Part shown: positions 48,601 to 61,222 of the stretch, one piece after another
Numbering within the stretch: position 1 is the stretch's first letter
Layout: the number at the start of each line of letters is the position of its first letter
Origin: Hemiscyllium ocellatum
Lineage: Eukaryota
Direction of reading: 5' to 3'
DNA length: 64,000 nt
Assembly: GCF_020745735.1 (NCBI RefSeq)
Contig: NC_083409.1
Coordinates: 18,744,341-18,808,340 of the forward strand
Position numbers and translations under genes: made by a program
The notes under the pieces: model-generated
What the model was told of the DNA's origin: nothing
Databases searched by the model: none
What the model saw: only the letters and a program-made list of their open reading frames with translations

Positions 48601-49569
48601 TGGTCCCTGCTGTTGAATTGGATTCAAACCAACAATGCAGGAAGACACATGATGAAGTGGGTGTTTGTTTGATTTCTCACTTGTGTTAATACAGTTTTAA
48701 ATGTGTCTGCGTACTTTCCCCTCTCTCTCTGTGGAGGGTGTCACTGTCATTGTCTCCATCCGACCTTTCCACTCTCATAGTGATAGCATTTTTTGCATTC
48801 CTTCTGTTCGGGGGAGCTGTCATTCCCCCGCCCATATTACAACAATGACTAGACTTTGGAATTTCTCCATTAGCTGTAAAACATCTTTGAACATCCTGAG
48901 CTCATGAACAGTGTAACAGAAGGGCAATTCTCTCTCCTTTTTGTTTCCTCTCCATGCCTTCCCATCTGTCTCCCCACAACATCCCTCCCTTGTTTAAAAT
49001 CTGGAATGAATTATGAATCTCTGGGAGAATTTAATCTGTGGCAACATTGAAACTAACAATAACCACCTCCTTGGTGGGCTTTGAGTGTGAAGGTCAATAA
49101 CACTCTCACTGGGACTTGATCTGGGTTGTCTCCAGTCAGTCAGTGTTATTGTTTTGGGGCCAGACATTACTGACCCACCTTAGACCCTGTGCTCCGATTG
49201 AGATGACGGATGACCTGCACTGGGCTTTAACACACTGTTACCACAGCACAGAATGAAATCATGTAGCGCTGGTTAGGCAGAATCCCTGGAGCAGGAGAGT
49301 CGACATTTTGAGCATAAGCTCTTCATCAGGAATGGAGAGGAGGGAGTGAGGAGTCGGAGAGATAAATGGGAGGGAATTGGGGCTGGCGAAAATGTAATGA
49401 AGATTGCAATAGGTACGTGGAGGTGGGGGGGTGACAGTGATAGGTCAGAGTGAAGGATGGAGTGGATAGGTGGGAAGGAAGATGGACAGGTAGGACAGTT
49501 CAAAAGGGTGGTGCCGAGTTGGAGGGTTGGACCTGGGATAAGCTGGGGGAGTGGAGATGAGGAAACAAG

Positions 49570-50205
49570 TAACATCAACATTCAGAGTATTGAGTACAGG
49601 AGTTGGGAGGTCATGTTGCGGCTGTACAGGACATTGGTTAGGCTACTGCTGGAATATTGCATCCAATTCTGGTCTCCTTCCTATTGGAAAGATGTTGTGA
49701 AACTTGAAAGGGTTCAGAAAAGATTTACAAGGACGTTGCCAGGGTTGGAAGATCGGAGCTACAGGGAGAGGCTGAACAGGCTGGTGCTGTTTCCCTGGAG
49801 CATCAGAGGCAGAGTGATAACCTGATAGAGTTTTACAAAATTACGAAGGGCATGATTAGGATAAATAGACAACATCTTTTCCCAGTGGTTGGGGAGTCCA
49901 GAACTAGAGGGCATAGGTTTAGGGTGAGAGGAGAAAGATACAAAAGAGACCTAAGGGGCAACCTTTTCATGCAGAGGGTGGTATGTGTATGGAATGAGCT
50001 GCCAGAAGATGTGGTGGAGGCTGGTGCAATTGCAACATTTAAGAGGCATTTGAATGGGTATATGAATAGGAAGGGTTTGGAGGGAGATGGGCCGGGTGCT
50101 GGCAGGTGGGACTAGATTGGATTGGGATATCTGGTCGGCATGGATGGGTTGGACTGAGGGTCTATTTCCATGCTGTACATCTCTATGACTCTATGACTCT
50201 ATAAC
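49570..50205 (+). mobile_element. CR1 3' fragment with (CTATGACT)n tail
   Basis: LYRTLVRLLLEYCIQFWSP..RGH motifs. Confidence 0.85.
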
Positions 50206-50754
50206 ATTCATTCCTTGTCATTGGAGGGTCTCAAGGTGGAAGATGTGGTGTTCTTCCTCCAGTTGTTAGATGGCTTCAATTTGGCGGTGGAGTAGGCCTA
50301 GGGACTTGCATATCCTTAGCAGGTGGATGGGGAGTTGAAATGGTCGGCCACAGGATGGTGGGGTTGTTTAGTGTGTGTGTCCTGAAGATATCATCTTCCA
50401 ATCCTCCAATGAAGATGCACTGTCCTCACCAAAACATGTTGGCAAATCTCTTCGTAACACATAAAGGGAGAGAAACATTGAAAACTGTATTATCATGAGT
50501 GAGAGTCCACTTGAAACAAGGACTATGATGTTAAATGCTCCCAGCCGTAAAGAACACTGATGTATTGATGTCATTATCTTATTAAACAATATTAAAACCT
50601 CAGCCAAACATTTTCCTGCAGACAGTGTATTTAAAATATCAAGAGGCTTTCCCCATTGTTGGTTTGATCAGTGACGTAACAAGGAAGCAGCAGCTGCCCC
50701 ATGAACTCCAACAAAAGAATGAGAACAGGCTCTTCATATGGAGCTGGCTCCCGA

Positions 50755-53700
50755 GAATCCAATTCAACAGCAGGGATCAAAGAACAAGGGACAATACAGC
50801 ACAGGAACAGGCCCTTCGGCCCTCCAAGCCTGTGCTGATACATTTTGCCCTTCTATACTGAAACTATCTTCATCGACAGGATTCATATCCCTCTATTCCC
50901 TTCCTATTCATGCATTAGTGCAGGAATTTCTTGAATACTTCTATTGTGTCTGCTTTCACCCCCTCCTCTGGCTGTGTGTTCCAGGTAGTCAACTTCCTCT
51001 GTGTGAAATACTTGGTTTGTACACCTCTTTACAATGAATTCCCCCAAACCCCTGCACCTTGAACATGCGTCCCCTAGTATTTGACCCCCTCCACCCTGGG
51101 AAAAAGTCTCATTATTTCCACTCTGCCTATCCCATTCACAACTCTGTAAACTTCTATAAGGACGCACCTCATTTTCCTGCATTTCAGTGAAAACAAACTC
51201 AGTCTCTCCAACCTTTCTTCAGATCTACAATCCCCCCATACCAGACAATATCCTGGTAAACATTTTCTGCACCGTCTTCAAAACATCCACATCCTTCTTT
51301 TTGGACTGTGTGCAGTTCGATGCGACCAGAACTGTGTGCACTATTCCAAGTGTGGCCGAACTAAAGTTCTATAAAGCTGCAGCATAACTTGTCTATCCTT
51401 ACACTCAATGCCCCTTCCAATGAAGGCAACCAGGCCATCAGCCTTTTTTACTGCCTTACCTCCCTGTGCTGGCACCTTCAGTGATCTGTGGACATACACA
51501 CCCAGATCCCTCTGCATATCAATACTCCAAAGGATTCTGTCATTCACTGTATAATTCCCACCTGTACATCACCTTCCAAAATGCATCACCTCACATTTGT
51601 CTGGATTAAACTACACCTGCCATTTTTCTGTCCAAGCATCTCTATCCTGCCATATCCTAGATAATCCTTCTCATTCTCTGCACTTCTACCAATCTTTGTA
51701 TCAATTGTAAACTTACTAATTAGACCAGCTACGCTTTCCTCCAAATCATTTATGTAGACCATATACAGCAGAGTTCCCTGTGGAACACCACGAGTCACAG
51801 CCCTCCATTCTGAAAACCATCCCCCCATCACTGCCCTCTGTCTCCTCCTACTCAGCCAGTTCTGTGCCCAATGCTGGAAACATTTTAGACAAGACACCTT
51901 GTCGCCAGCTCATTGCTGCAACTTGATCCAGTTCATTCAGAAAGAGGAAAAGGACAATGTGCAGATTGTTGAACAGGCCCCAACACCTGGTCCTGAGGCA
52001 GGAGCCCAATCTCCAACACACTGGCCTCACTTCACACCAACCTTCACACAGTGCGGGGTCATGAACTCCGGCCATCAATCCCTCTGAGACCGGGATGGAG
52101 TAGGGGAACAGGGACAATTGTAGAAGAGTCAATAAGGAGTAAAGAAAGATGGAGAGAGTGTGTTGGAAAGTGTTCAATGGAGGGAACATACCTTGCGATA
52201 CCCAATACTGACAGAGTCTCCATGTATCACAGAATGTACAAAACAGCACTCCAGTAATGTGGCTGACCCTTACCTGCCATTTAAAAGGCTAAAGAAGCCA
52301 CTCAGTTTCAGGACAGGTAGGGATGGGGAACAAATGCTGGTCTTGCCAGTGACTCCCACATCCCAGAAAAGAATAGATGGGTTCAGTGATAACACCGTCA
52401 CCTGAACCTGCAGGTTTCAAGCCCCACTCCAGACACTGGAGCACTGTCCTGAGGCTGGCAAAGGCAAAGATGCCATCTGCTGGATGATCGGTTAAACCAC
52501 TGCCCTCTCTGGTCGATGTGAATATAAGGGCTTTGTGACCATCTCAGGGAAAATCTCCCCAGTGTGCTGACCAATGCTTCTCTTATAACCAATGGCATTA
52601 AAACAGATACATAAACAAAATACTGCAAATCTCAAATAGAAGCACGATGCTGGAGAAAGGGAACAGGTGCAGCCTCTGTGGGAGAGGAGGTTTAACTTTT
52701 TGGGTTCAGTGATGTTTTATCAAAAAGGCAGCAAAATTATATTTTATTTAATTTTATGCTGTTTTATATTATTTTATTTAAATTTTGTTGAAAACAAGTT
52801 TACCCACTTGATTGGAACCACATTCACACACATGCATTCCCCCCACACTGACGCTCAGTAACAGCTCTGTGTACTATTTACAAGATGCACTGCAGAGATT
52901 CACCAAAGATCCTGAGACAACAGCTTCCAAACCCATGACCACTTATATTTGGACAAGGACAGCAGGTACACGGGACCATCACCCCAGCAAGTTCCTCTCC
53001 AAGTCATTCACCAGTTTGACTTGGAAATATGAAGCAGTTCCTACATCATCACTGGGTCACAATCCTGGAATTCCCCTCCTATGACATTGTGGGTCTACCA
53101 ACAGCAGACTGACTGCAGGGGTTCAAGATGGGAGCTAATCACCACCAGGTCCAGGGCAATTAGAGATGGACAGTAAAAAGCCTGGTACAAGAGAGTGTAA
53201 ACGTGCTTAAGGACCAGAAAGTGAGACTGCGATGTTTCAGTTATTCCTGGACATTAGTGTGACCACATCTCAAATACTGAGGGTAGTTTTGGTCTCCTTA
53301 TTGAAGGAAGAATATAAATGCATCGGAGGTGGTTCGCAGGAATTTTACCCGATTGATCCCTGGAATGAGTGGGCTGTGATGAGGAAAGATTGGAAAAGGA
53401 GATAAAGGGAATGGGGCGGAGCAGGGTGTTGAGGTAGGGATAGGTTGAGAATGGTAGAGAATATGACCTGATTAGTCGATGGGAGAGTAATTTGTATTCA
53501 TCCCTCCCATCAACCAATCCTCTACCTACCTTCACCTATCCCCATCTCACCACCCTGCCCCCCACTACTCCCTTTATCTGCAGCTCCCCCATCATTCCCC
53601 CACCTCCCAACCCACCCCCATTCCTGAAGAAGGATTACAGCCAAAACATTGATTTCTCCACCTCCTGATGCTGCCTGGCTTGCTGTGTTCTCCCAGCCTC

Positions 53701-56622
53701 CTGCTTGTCAACCTTGGATTCCAGCATTTGCACTTTCTTTTGTCTCTAATCTCTTCAGGGGCCTGGATGAGAGTGAGGGAATTGGGTTTTGATGGAGCTA
53801 CCCACAGACTCAAGTCAAAAGAAGCAAAGCAAGAAAGGCAAGTGGATCGAATACAAGAGACCAAATTGTGAGCAAAAACCAATTATTACCAGTTTAGCAA
53901 TTGCAAAGCAGAGAGTGACAACATTGAATTGCTTCTGGTGTCATCCTCTGTGCACTAACATTTCACATTGCCAGCTCCACATCCTTCCATTGGCTTTGTC
54001 ATTGAGAGGCAACAGTTCCCTTCCCACAGCATAGAACATAGAACATAGAAAAATACAGCGCAGTACAGGCCCTTCGGCCCTCAATGTTGCGCCGACCGAA
54101 TCCTACCTAACCTACACTAGCCCAATAACTTCCAAATGCCTATCCAATGCCCGCTTAAATGACCATAAAGAGGGAGAGTTCACCACTGCTACTGGCAGGG
54201 CATTCCATGAACTCACAACCCGCTGTGTAAAGAATCTACCCCTAACATCTGTCCTATACCTTCCACCCCTTAATTTAAAGCTGTGTCCCCTTGTAACAGC
54301 TGACTCCATTAGCGGTAAAAGGTTTTCAGTGTCTACCCTATCTAAACCCCTAATCATCTTGTACACCTCTATCAAATCTCCCCTAAACCTTCTTTTCTCC
54401 AATGAGAACAGCCCCAAGTGCCTCAGTCTTTCCTCATACGATTTTCCTACCATACCAGGCAACATCCTGGTAAACCTCCTCTGCACTCGTTCCAATGCCT
54501 CCACATCCTTCCTATAGTATGGCGACCAAAACTGCACACAATACTCCAGATGCGGCCGCACCAGAGTCTTATACAACTGCAACATGACCTCAGGACTCCG
54601 GAACTCAATTCCTCTGCCAATAAAGCCCAGTACACCATATGCCTTCCTCACAGCACTATTTACCTGGGTGGCAACTTTCAGAGATCTGTGTACATGGACA
54701 CCAAGATCCCTCTGCTCATCCACACTACCAAGTAGCCTACCATTAGCCCAGTAATCCATCTTCTTGTTACTCCTACCAAAGTGAATGACTTCACACTTAG
54801 CTACATTGAATTCCATTTGCCACATTTCTGCCCAGCTTTGCAACTTGTCTATATCCCGCTGTAACCTGCCACATCCTTCCTCACTATCCACAACTCCACC
54901 GACTTTTGTGTCATCCGCAAACTTACTCACCCAGCTTTCAAGCCCCTCCTCTAGATCATTTATAAAGATAACAAAAAGCAATGGTCCCAAAACAGATCCT
55001 TGAGGTACACCGCTAGTAACTGCACTCCAAGATGAACATATACCATCAACTACTACCCTCTGTCTCCTTCCAGCCAGCCAATTTCTAATCCAAACCTCTA
55101 ATGCACCCTCAATGCCATACCTCCGTAGTTTTTGCATTAGCCTACCATGGGGTACCTTATCGAACGCCTTACTAAAATCCACATACACAACATCTACTGC
55201 TTTACCCTCGTCCACCTCCTTAGTCACCTTCTCAAAGAACTCAATAAGGTTTGTGAGGCACGACCTGCCCTTCACAAAACCATGCTGACTATCCTTGATC
55301 ACGTTATTCCTATCCAGATGTTCATAAATCTTATCCCTTATAATTCTCTCTAAGACTTTGCCCACCACAGAAGTCAGACTCACTGGCCTATAGTTACTCG
55401 GGCTATCCCTACTCCCCTTCTTGAACAAGGGGACCACATTCGCCATCCTCCAGTCTTCTGGTACTATTCCCGTTGACAATGACAACATAAAAATCCAGGC
55501 CAATGGCTCTGCTATCTCCTCCCTAGCTTCCCAGAGGATCCTAGGATAAATGCCATCAGGCCCAGGAGACTTATCTATTTTCATCCTTTCCAGTATTCCC
55601 AAAACCTCTTCCCTACATACTTCAATGCCATCCATTCTAAAATGCACTTTTTAATATGTCCTGTCCCAGGGAATCACTGACAAAGAAAATATTTCACCAT
55701 TTCTGGGAAAGTTGGAGAAATGTTAGATGTCAAGGAGCTGTTTCTCAGCCTTCAGGGTCTGACAGAAGGATGTGTGTAGGCTGTGGATTCTGGAGACAGA
55801 TCACTGAGATATTCCTCACTCCCATCAACACCTGACTTTATCCTGAAATCAGTTTCTATCCTTCATTATAAAGTACCCCCACCAGTTTCAGACTAGACAT
55901 TTCACACCCAGCCCCCATTTCCTCACATTGGAATCAAGAACCAAACTTGCCCCATCTCAGGATTGCCCTCTGAATGTGGTGTCAGTGTGCTAATGCTGTG
56001 TTTGATGAAAGAGCCACAGTGGAATCTGGGACTGAATCCAAGGGGTTTCTGATCCACCAGCAGCCTCCCTGCTGTGTGAGATTCTGTTTGGATAAGATTT
56101 CAGCCCCATGGTTCCCACTGATACGAGAACCATGGAGTGAGATTGCTGGAGCCACATCTGGACTGAGGAACACAACAGTCAGGACAATGAGATGCTCTGG
56201 AATCCATCCTGAGCCCTGGATGGTTGTCACTGAGATGGCCCAGGGGCTACAGAATATGACAGCAGAAAGTGGAACCAGTTTATCATTGACTGTACTCCCC
56301 AGCCATGACTCCCAGACTCCCCCAGACTGAACATTCTCAATCTGACCCCAGGGACACACGGGACAATTCCACCTCATTTGAAGAGTAAAGAAAACCCAAG
56401 TCTAATTTATGGAATATTTATTTCCCAAATTGTTCTTATGCAATTGTTATTCTGAGTAACAAGGTCCTGCTGGTCATATTCATCAATACAGGGTTCCCAG
56501 TGGCTCTGGCTCCCAAACAGTTGATTTGAATTTCTTGGCTTTTGATCTTGCTGTGCCTAAGGGATGGGTGAGCGTTGATGGGGAATTTGCATCAGATTAT
56601 TGTGTTCCCCATTGTCCCCTCC
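50755..56622 (-). repeat. Inverted paralog of the C 3' flank (matches 37938-39475, 40680-41597 and 47261-48626)
   Basis: Colinear reverse-complement blocks. Interrupted by a CR1 insertion at 54030-55640 and a non-homologous patch at about 53180-53748. Confidence 0.9.
54030..55640 (-). mobile_element. Young 5'-truncated HER1/CR1 LINE with an uninterrupted RT frame
   Basis: ORF 54112-55647 (511 aa) has DFSKAFDKVPH, GVPQGSVLGP and KFADDTK with no stops. (CATAGAA)3 tail at 54030-54050. Absent from the paralogous arm near 39200. Confidence 0.95.
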
Positions 56623-57544
56623 TGATCATGATCCTGATTACAGCCTGGAGACCTGGACATAACTTTCATCAGATTCTTTATTTCTTGCAGTTCCTCAACT
56701 CTACCCACCCAGATTCTACTTCTGACTCTATATCACTTCTTGCTATTGATTTAATTTCATTTCTTACTAACAAGGCAACTCTTGCCCCTCTGCCCATCTG
56801 CCTGTCCTTTTGATAGGACATATGTCCTTGGATATTTAGTTCCCAGCCCAGATCCCCTTACAGCCATATCTCTGTGATACCCACAACATCATACCTGCCA
56901 GATTCAATCTGCACTACAAGTTCATTCCTTCATTGACTGCACTCCTTCCCAACATTGTCCTCTTATCTCTTGTGTTTGATGTTCAACTCTTGATCCTTTC
57001 CGTACTCTCTGTCCTATTATATCTTCCAGAAACCTGAATAACTTCTCCTGAGCCCTCCTCCACTTTAACTAGTTTAAATCCCTTGGAAACTCAATTTACC
57101 TCAATTTGTGGCATCACTTTGTCTCCCGTACTCGGAATGGTTCATGCATTTAGATAAAACCTCTTTAAGTTTGTTCTATTATTGATTTTCCCTGCACATG
57201 GTTCCTTTGATATTCAAAAATTCTGCCCCTTCCTTTTATTTTCTGGTAACAATCAATCCCATCACTATTCACCAACCTACCTGCTCCTTTCCACTCTATT
57301 TCCTCATTTTCCATCCAACTCAACCGAATTATTGGGTCTTTGAGTTGAGTTCAGGACAATATTTATCTTTGAACCAGCATCATTAACAGTGGTCTTTGAT
57401 CTCATTGCTTTTCATGGGATCTTGCTGAGTAGAAACTGGCTGCCACTTTCCCGACATTGTAACAGTGACTGGTTTTCAAACAAAACTGTCTATAAATGTC
57501 TTTGGGAGAGTCTGAGGTGTTAAGGGTTCAAGTGAACTTCAGTT

Positions 57545-58220
57545 AGAGTCAGAGATTTGTACAGCACGGAAACCAACCCTTCAATCCAACTCATCAATGC
57601 TGACCAGATATCTTAAATTAATCTAGTCCCCTTTGCCAGCATTTAGCCCGTATCCCTCTGAACTCTTCCTATTCATATACCCATCCAGATGCCTTTTTAA
57701 TGCTGTAATTCTACCAGCCTCCACCACTTCTTCTGGCAGCTTATTTCATACATGTACCACCCTCCACATGAAAAGGTTGGCCCTTAGGTCCCTTTTAAAT
57801 CTTTCCACTGTCACCTTCAACCTATGCCTTCTAGTTTTCAACAGCCCCACTCTGGAGAAAAGATCTTCTCTATTCACCCTATCTATGCCCCTCATGATTT
57901 TATGAACCATTATATTGTCACCCCTCAGCCTCCAAAGTTGCAGGGACAATAGCCTCAGCCTATTCAGCCTCTCCAGATAGCTCAAACCCTCCGACCCTGG
58001 CAACATCTTTGTAAATCTTTTCTGAAGCATTTTAAGATTCACAACATTATTCCTGTAGCAGGGAGACCAGAATTGCACACAGTATTCCAAAAGTGCCCTA
58101 ACCAATGTCCTGTACAGCCGCAACAGCTCCCAACTCCAATACTCAATGCACTGCCCAATAAAGGAAAGCATACCGAACAACATCTTCACCACACTATCGA
58201 CCTGCAACTCCACTTTGAAG
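57545..58220 (-). mobile_element. CR1 3' fragment absent from the paralogous intron
   Basis: LLEYCVQFWSP..LRGD motifs on the minus strand. Confidence 0.82.
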
Positions 58221-59866
58221 GAACTATACTTTTTTTTGGATGAACTGGGAATCCTTCAGTTGTGAAAGATGCCATTCCATGACACCATTGGAGGAAGAGC
58301 AGGCAGTTCCCCCAGTGCCCTGGTCAATACTTATACCCCAATCAAAATCAATAAAAATCTATTTCCCTGCTAATTATCATAATGTGTTTGGGATCTTACT
58401 GTGCACAGTCTGCTGGAAAGAGCCATTGGGGCATCCTGAGTTGGGGACAGGTGCCACACAAATTCAAGTCTTTCTTTAAAGTTGGAGCTTCCTGATCCTG
58501 ACCCTCACCCATTGCCCGTGCACTCTCACCTTCCAGGGGTCATTGAGTCATTAGGAGAAGTGACCTTGGCTGACCCTGGGGCAGTGAGACTCTTTGTAGC
58601 CTCACCCTTGACCTCAGCCCATTGGTGTGCAGCAAGGTTTGAAATGTAATCTGGAATCTTCCACATGGACACCCAATGAAGTATGTGGATCCAAGTCTGC
58701 TCCAATGTTCTCGGATAAAGTTCTCCTGATCTGTGGGTGATAGCAGGTTTGTTAAAGATGTATCGAGCTCCATCCCACTTTCCAGCTTTTGCTCCGTAGC
58801 TCTGGAGGCTTCGCTGTTTCAAGTGAATATCCGAGTGTTTTTTCAATGTGATGATGGTTTTGGCCTCTCCCACCCTTTCAGTCAGTGAGTCCCAGATCTC
58901 ACCAGCCTCTGGGTGAAAATAGTAACTCCTCAACTCCCCTCAAACCCTGCCCCAATTAATTTCAATCTCTCCCCATGGCTATTGCTTCTCTGCTGATGGA
59001 AACCAGTCCTTCCTACCCACTCTGTCCAGGGCCCTCATCATTTTACATGCCTCGAATGCTCCACCATTCAATATGATCATGGCTGATCATCCAACACAAT
59101 CCCCTGTTCCTGCTTTCTCCCCACATTCTTTAATCCCTTTAATCCTAAGAACAATATCTAATTACTTCTTGACACCTACTACATCTAATTCCCTCATGCT
59201 GGAAGAATGGATGAGAATTATATGGGTTGTTATTTTTTGACCAGTTTGGACGCAATGTGCTGATGGGCCTTTTGGGTCTCTATGATTCTATGATTGTATA
59301 TTATGAATAACTGGGTACCAAGGACTGACCCCTGTAGTATGACAATTGGTAACTACCTGCCTTTCAGGAAAAGACTTGTTGTTTCTGTCCTGTCTGCCAA
59401 CCAGTTCCCAATCCATGTCAGTACATGACCCCCAATCCTCTTGTTCGTTGGGATTTCCCTGATTCAGTTGGACATATTTCATCCCAAATGAAACTTTTAC
59501 ACTTGCTACATTGTTCTCCCTTTCCATCCCTACTCTCAATCTCACTGAGTTCTGATCACTGTCACTGAAATGCTCCCCCATTGATAGTCCTTCCAGCTGC
59601 CCATATTCATTCCCTAAACGATGGTCTAAAACTGTCCCTTCTCTTTCACCATCACCTTCTCAGGGGCTATTAGGGATGGGCAATAAATGCTGGAGCTGGC
59701 AGTGACTCTCATATCCCAAGAAGTAATTTAAACAATACCTGTTCTTTTATCAGGTTTATTGTGTATTGACCAAAAATGTTCAATAAGATTGTATTGCCAG
59801 TGAATATAGTGAGAGTCAAAATCCATTTGTTTGGCAGGGATTAAAATTGTTTCTTTTGACTTTCAA

Positions 59867-60194
59867 CCCGTGAGAACTCTCAGTCCAAGCTGACCCTGCT
59901 GCCACCCTCCCCGGAGCAGGTCAATGCCAAGGGCACTGCCACCCTGGTGTGCCTTGCCAATCACTTCTATCCCGATGAGCTGGAGGTGCAGTGAAAGAAG
60001 GACAGTGTAGTCATTTCGGACGGGGTTCAGACCAGCAACTACCTGCGAGCTTCGGACAGCACCTACAGTGTCAGCAGCCTGCTGACCCTCTCTGGGTCTG
60101 ACTGGGAGTCCAACGCTCGCTTTTCCTGTTCCCTCACCCATGTGACCCTCCCATCTCCCTCTGAAAGAGCATCAGGAGATCAGAATGTGTGTAG
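59867..60194 (+). pseudogene. IGKC: Ig kappa-type C pseudogene
   Basis: About 94.5% identical to 36949-37277 (17 substitutions and a 1-bp deletion). Acceptor AG>AA at 59865-66, TGG>TGA at 59992-94, and a frameshift near the 3' end. No V or J is linked to it in the window. Confidence 0.95.
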
Positions 60195-60534
60195 AGTGTT
60201 GGAGACAGTCCACAGAGGAGACACAACTTTAAATAGAACAGGGCTGAGCTGGCAGGACAAAGGTTATTGTCAGCACTGAGTTTCAACTCTCTTCCTTCTC
60301 AGGACTGCTCAGGGAACCTTCTGAGGTTTGGATGTTAAAGCAGGTCATTGCGACAGTGTCGACGGAGCTTTACGCTATGTCAAAGCTCATACTGTCCTTG
60401 TCCGGGGAGTGTTTGATGGGGAAGTGTTGACTGTATGCCATGTAAAATCTCTTGAAGTTGCTGAAGACTGTCAGCTGTCCAAAACAATGTGAACCTCAGA
60501 ATTCTCTGCTTCAGTAACCCAGATCTCCTTCCTG

Positions 60535-60665
60535 TAAAAAATGAGGTCTGCAGATGCTGGAGATCACAGCCGAAAATGTGTTGCTGGTTAAAGCACAGCA
60601 GGTCAGGCAGCATCCAAGAAATAGGAAATTCGACGTTTCGGGCATAAGCCCTTCATCAGGAATGG
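60535..60665 (-). mobile_element. PLE-derived short insertion with 17-bp TSD in the pseudo-C 3' UTR
   Basis: CCCAGATCTC(C/T)TTCCTG at 60518-34 and 60666-82. The paralogous site near 37605-37625 is empty. Confidence 0.85.
60628..60663 (-). ncRNA. Minimal type-I hammerhead ribozyme motif, intact core
   Basis: Minus strand: ATTC-CTGATGA-A-GGGC(TTAT)GCCC-GAAA-CGTC-GAAT. Confidence 0.8.
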
Positions 60666-61222
60666 CCCAGATCTCTTTCCTGCTTAGCTGTCAGTTCCAA
60701 TTTAAGTTTTTGTCACTGTTTAAAGGGACAGAATTCTCATGTTATTGAGCAAATCTCCACAACTGTTTTCCTTAATCTCCATTGTGGCTGTGAATTTGAG
60801 CAGCTTCCTCTGTCTGGGCTGTTAATTGCAGTTTTTTTTTCTGTCAATGTGAATGTGGAAAAGGGAATAAAGATAAAGATTCAGTCTCTGTGTCTGTGTG
60901 CTTTGGAAATAGATGACCCCCCACCCCAGTTGATTGGCTGCATTTCAGCTTGTCATTGTCACAATTGGTTTCTTGGCTTGTCAATTAATTACAATCATCA
61001 TTCATTTATCATTTTCAATTATCCCTTTGGTCAGGAATTTATGCAGGTTACAAGATTCCAAAAAGAACAGAAACTGAAAGCTGTTAGGACTCAATAAGTA
61101 CAATCTGACGCATTCCCTCCAGGCCCAGCTGATGGGATTGCACTGTGCAATCTCTGCTGCATGTTGGGTAGCCTCTGAAACAATCTTTAACCATTCACAG
61201 GCATTGTCAGCTGTGTCTCTCA

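Larger units (their letters stand above)
56630..60930 (+). repeat. Direct paralog of the distal J-C intron, C exon and 3' UTR (matches about 34186-37914)
   Basis: Shares the CR1 endonuclease fragment with the same junction, the unique blocks 35120-35945/58240-59050 and 36560-36948/59480-59866, the C exon and the polyA region. Confidence 0.9.

Noticed and set aside
59867-60910. Pseudo-C as a processed (retro) pseudogene
   Set aside because: It retains upstream intron sequence and the GU-rich element downstream of the polyA signal, lacks VJ and has no poly(A) tail. It is a DNA-level duplicate.
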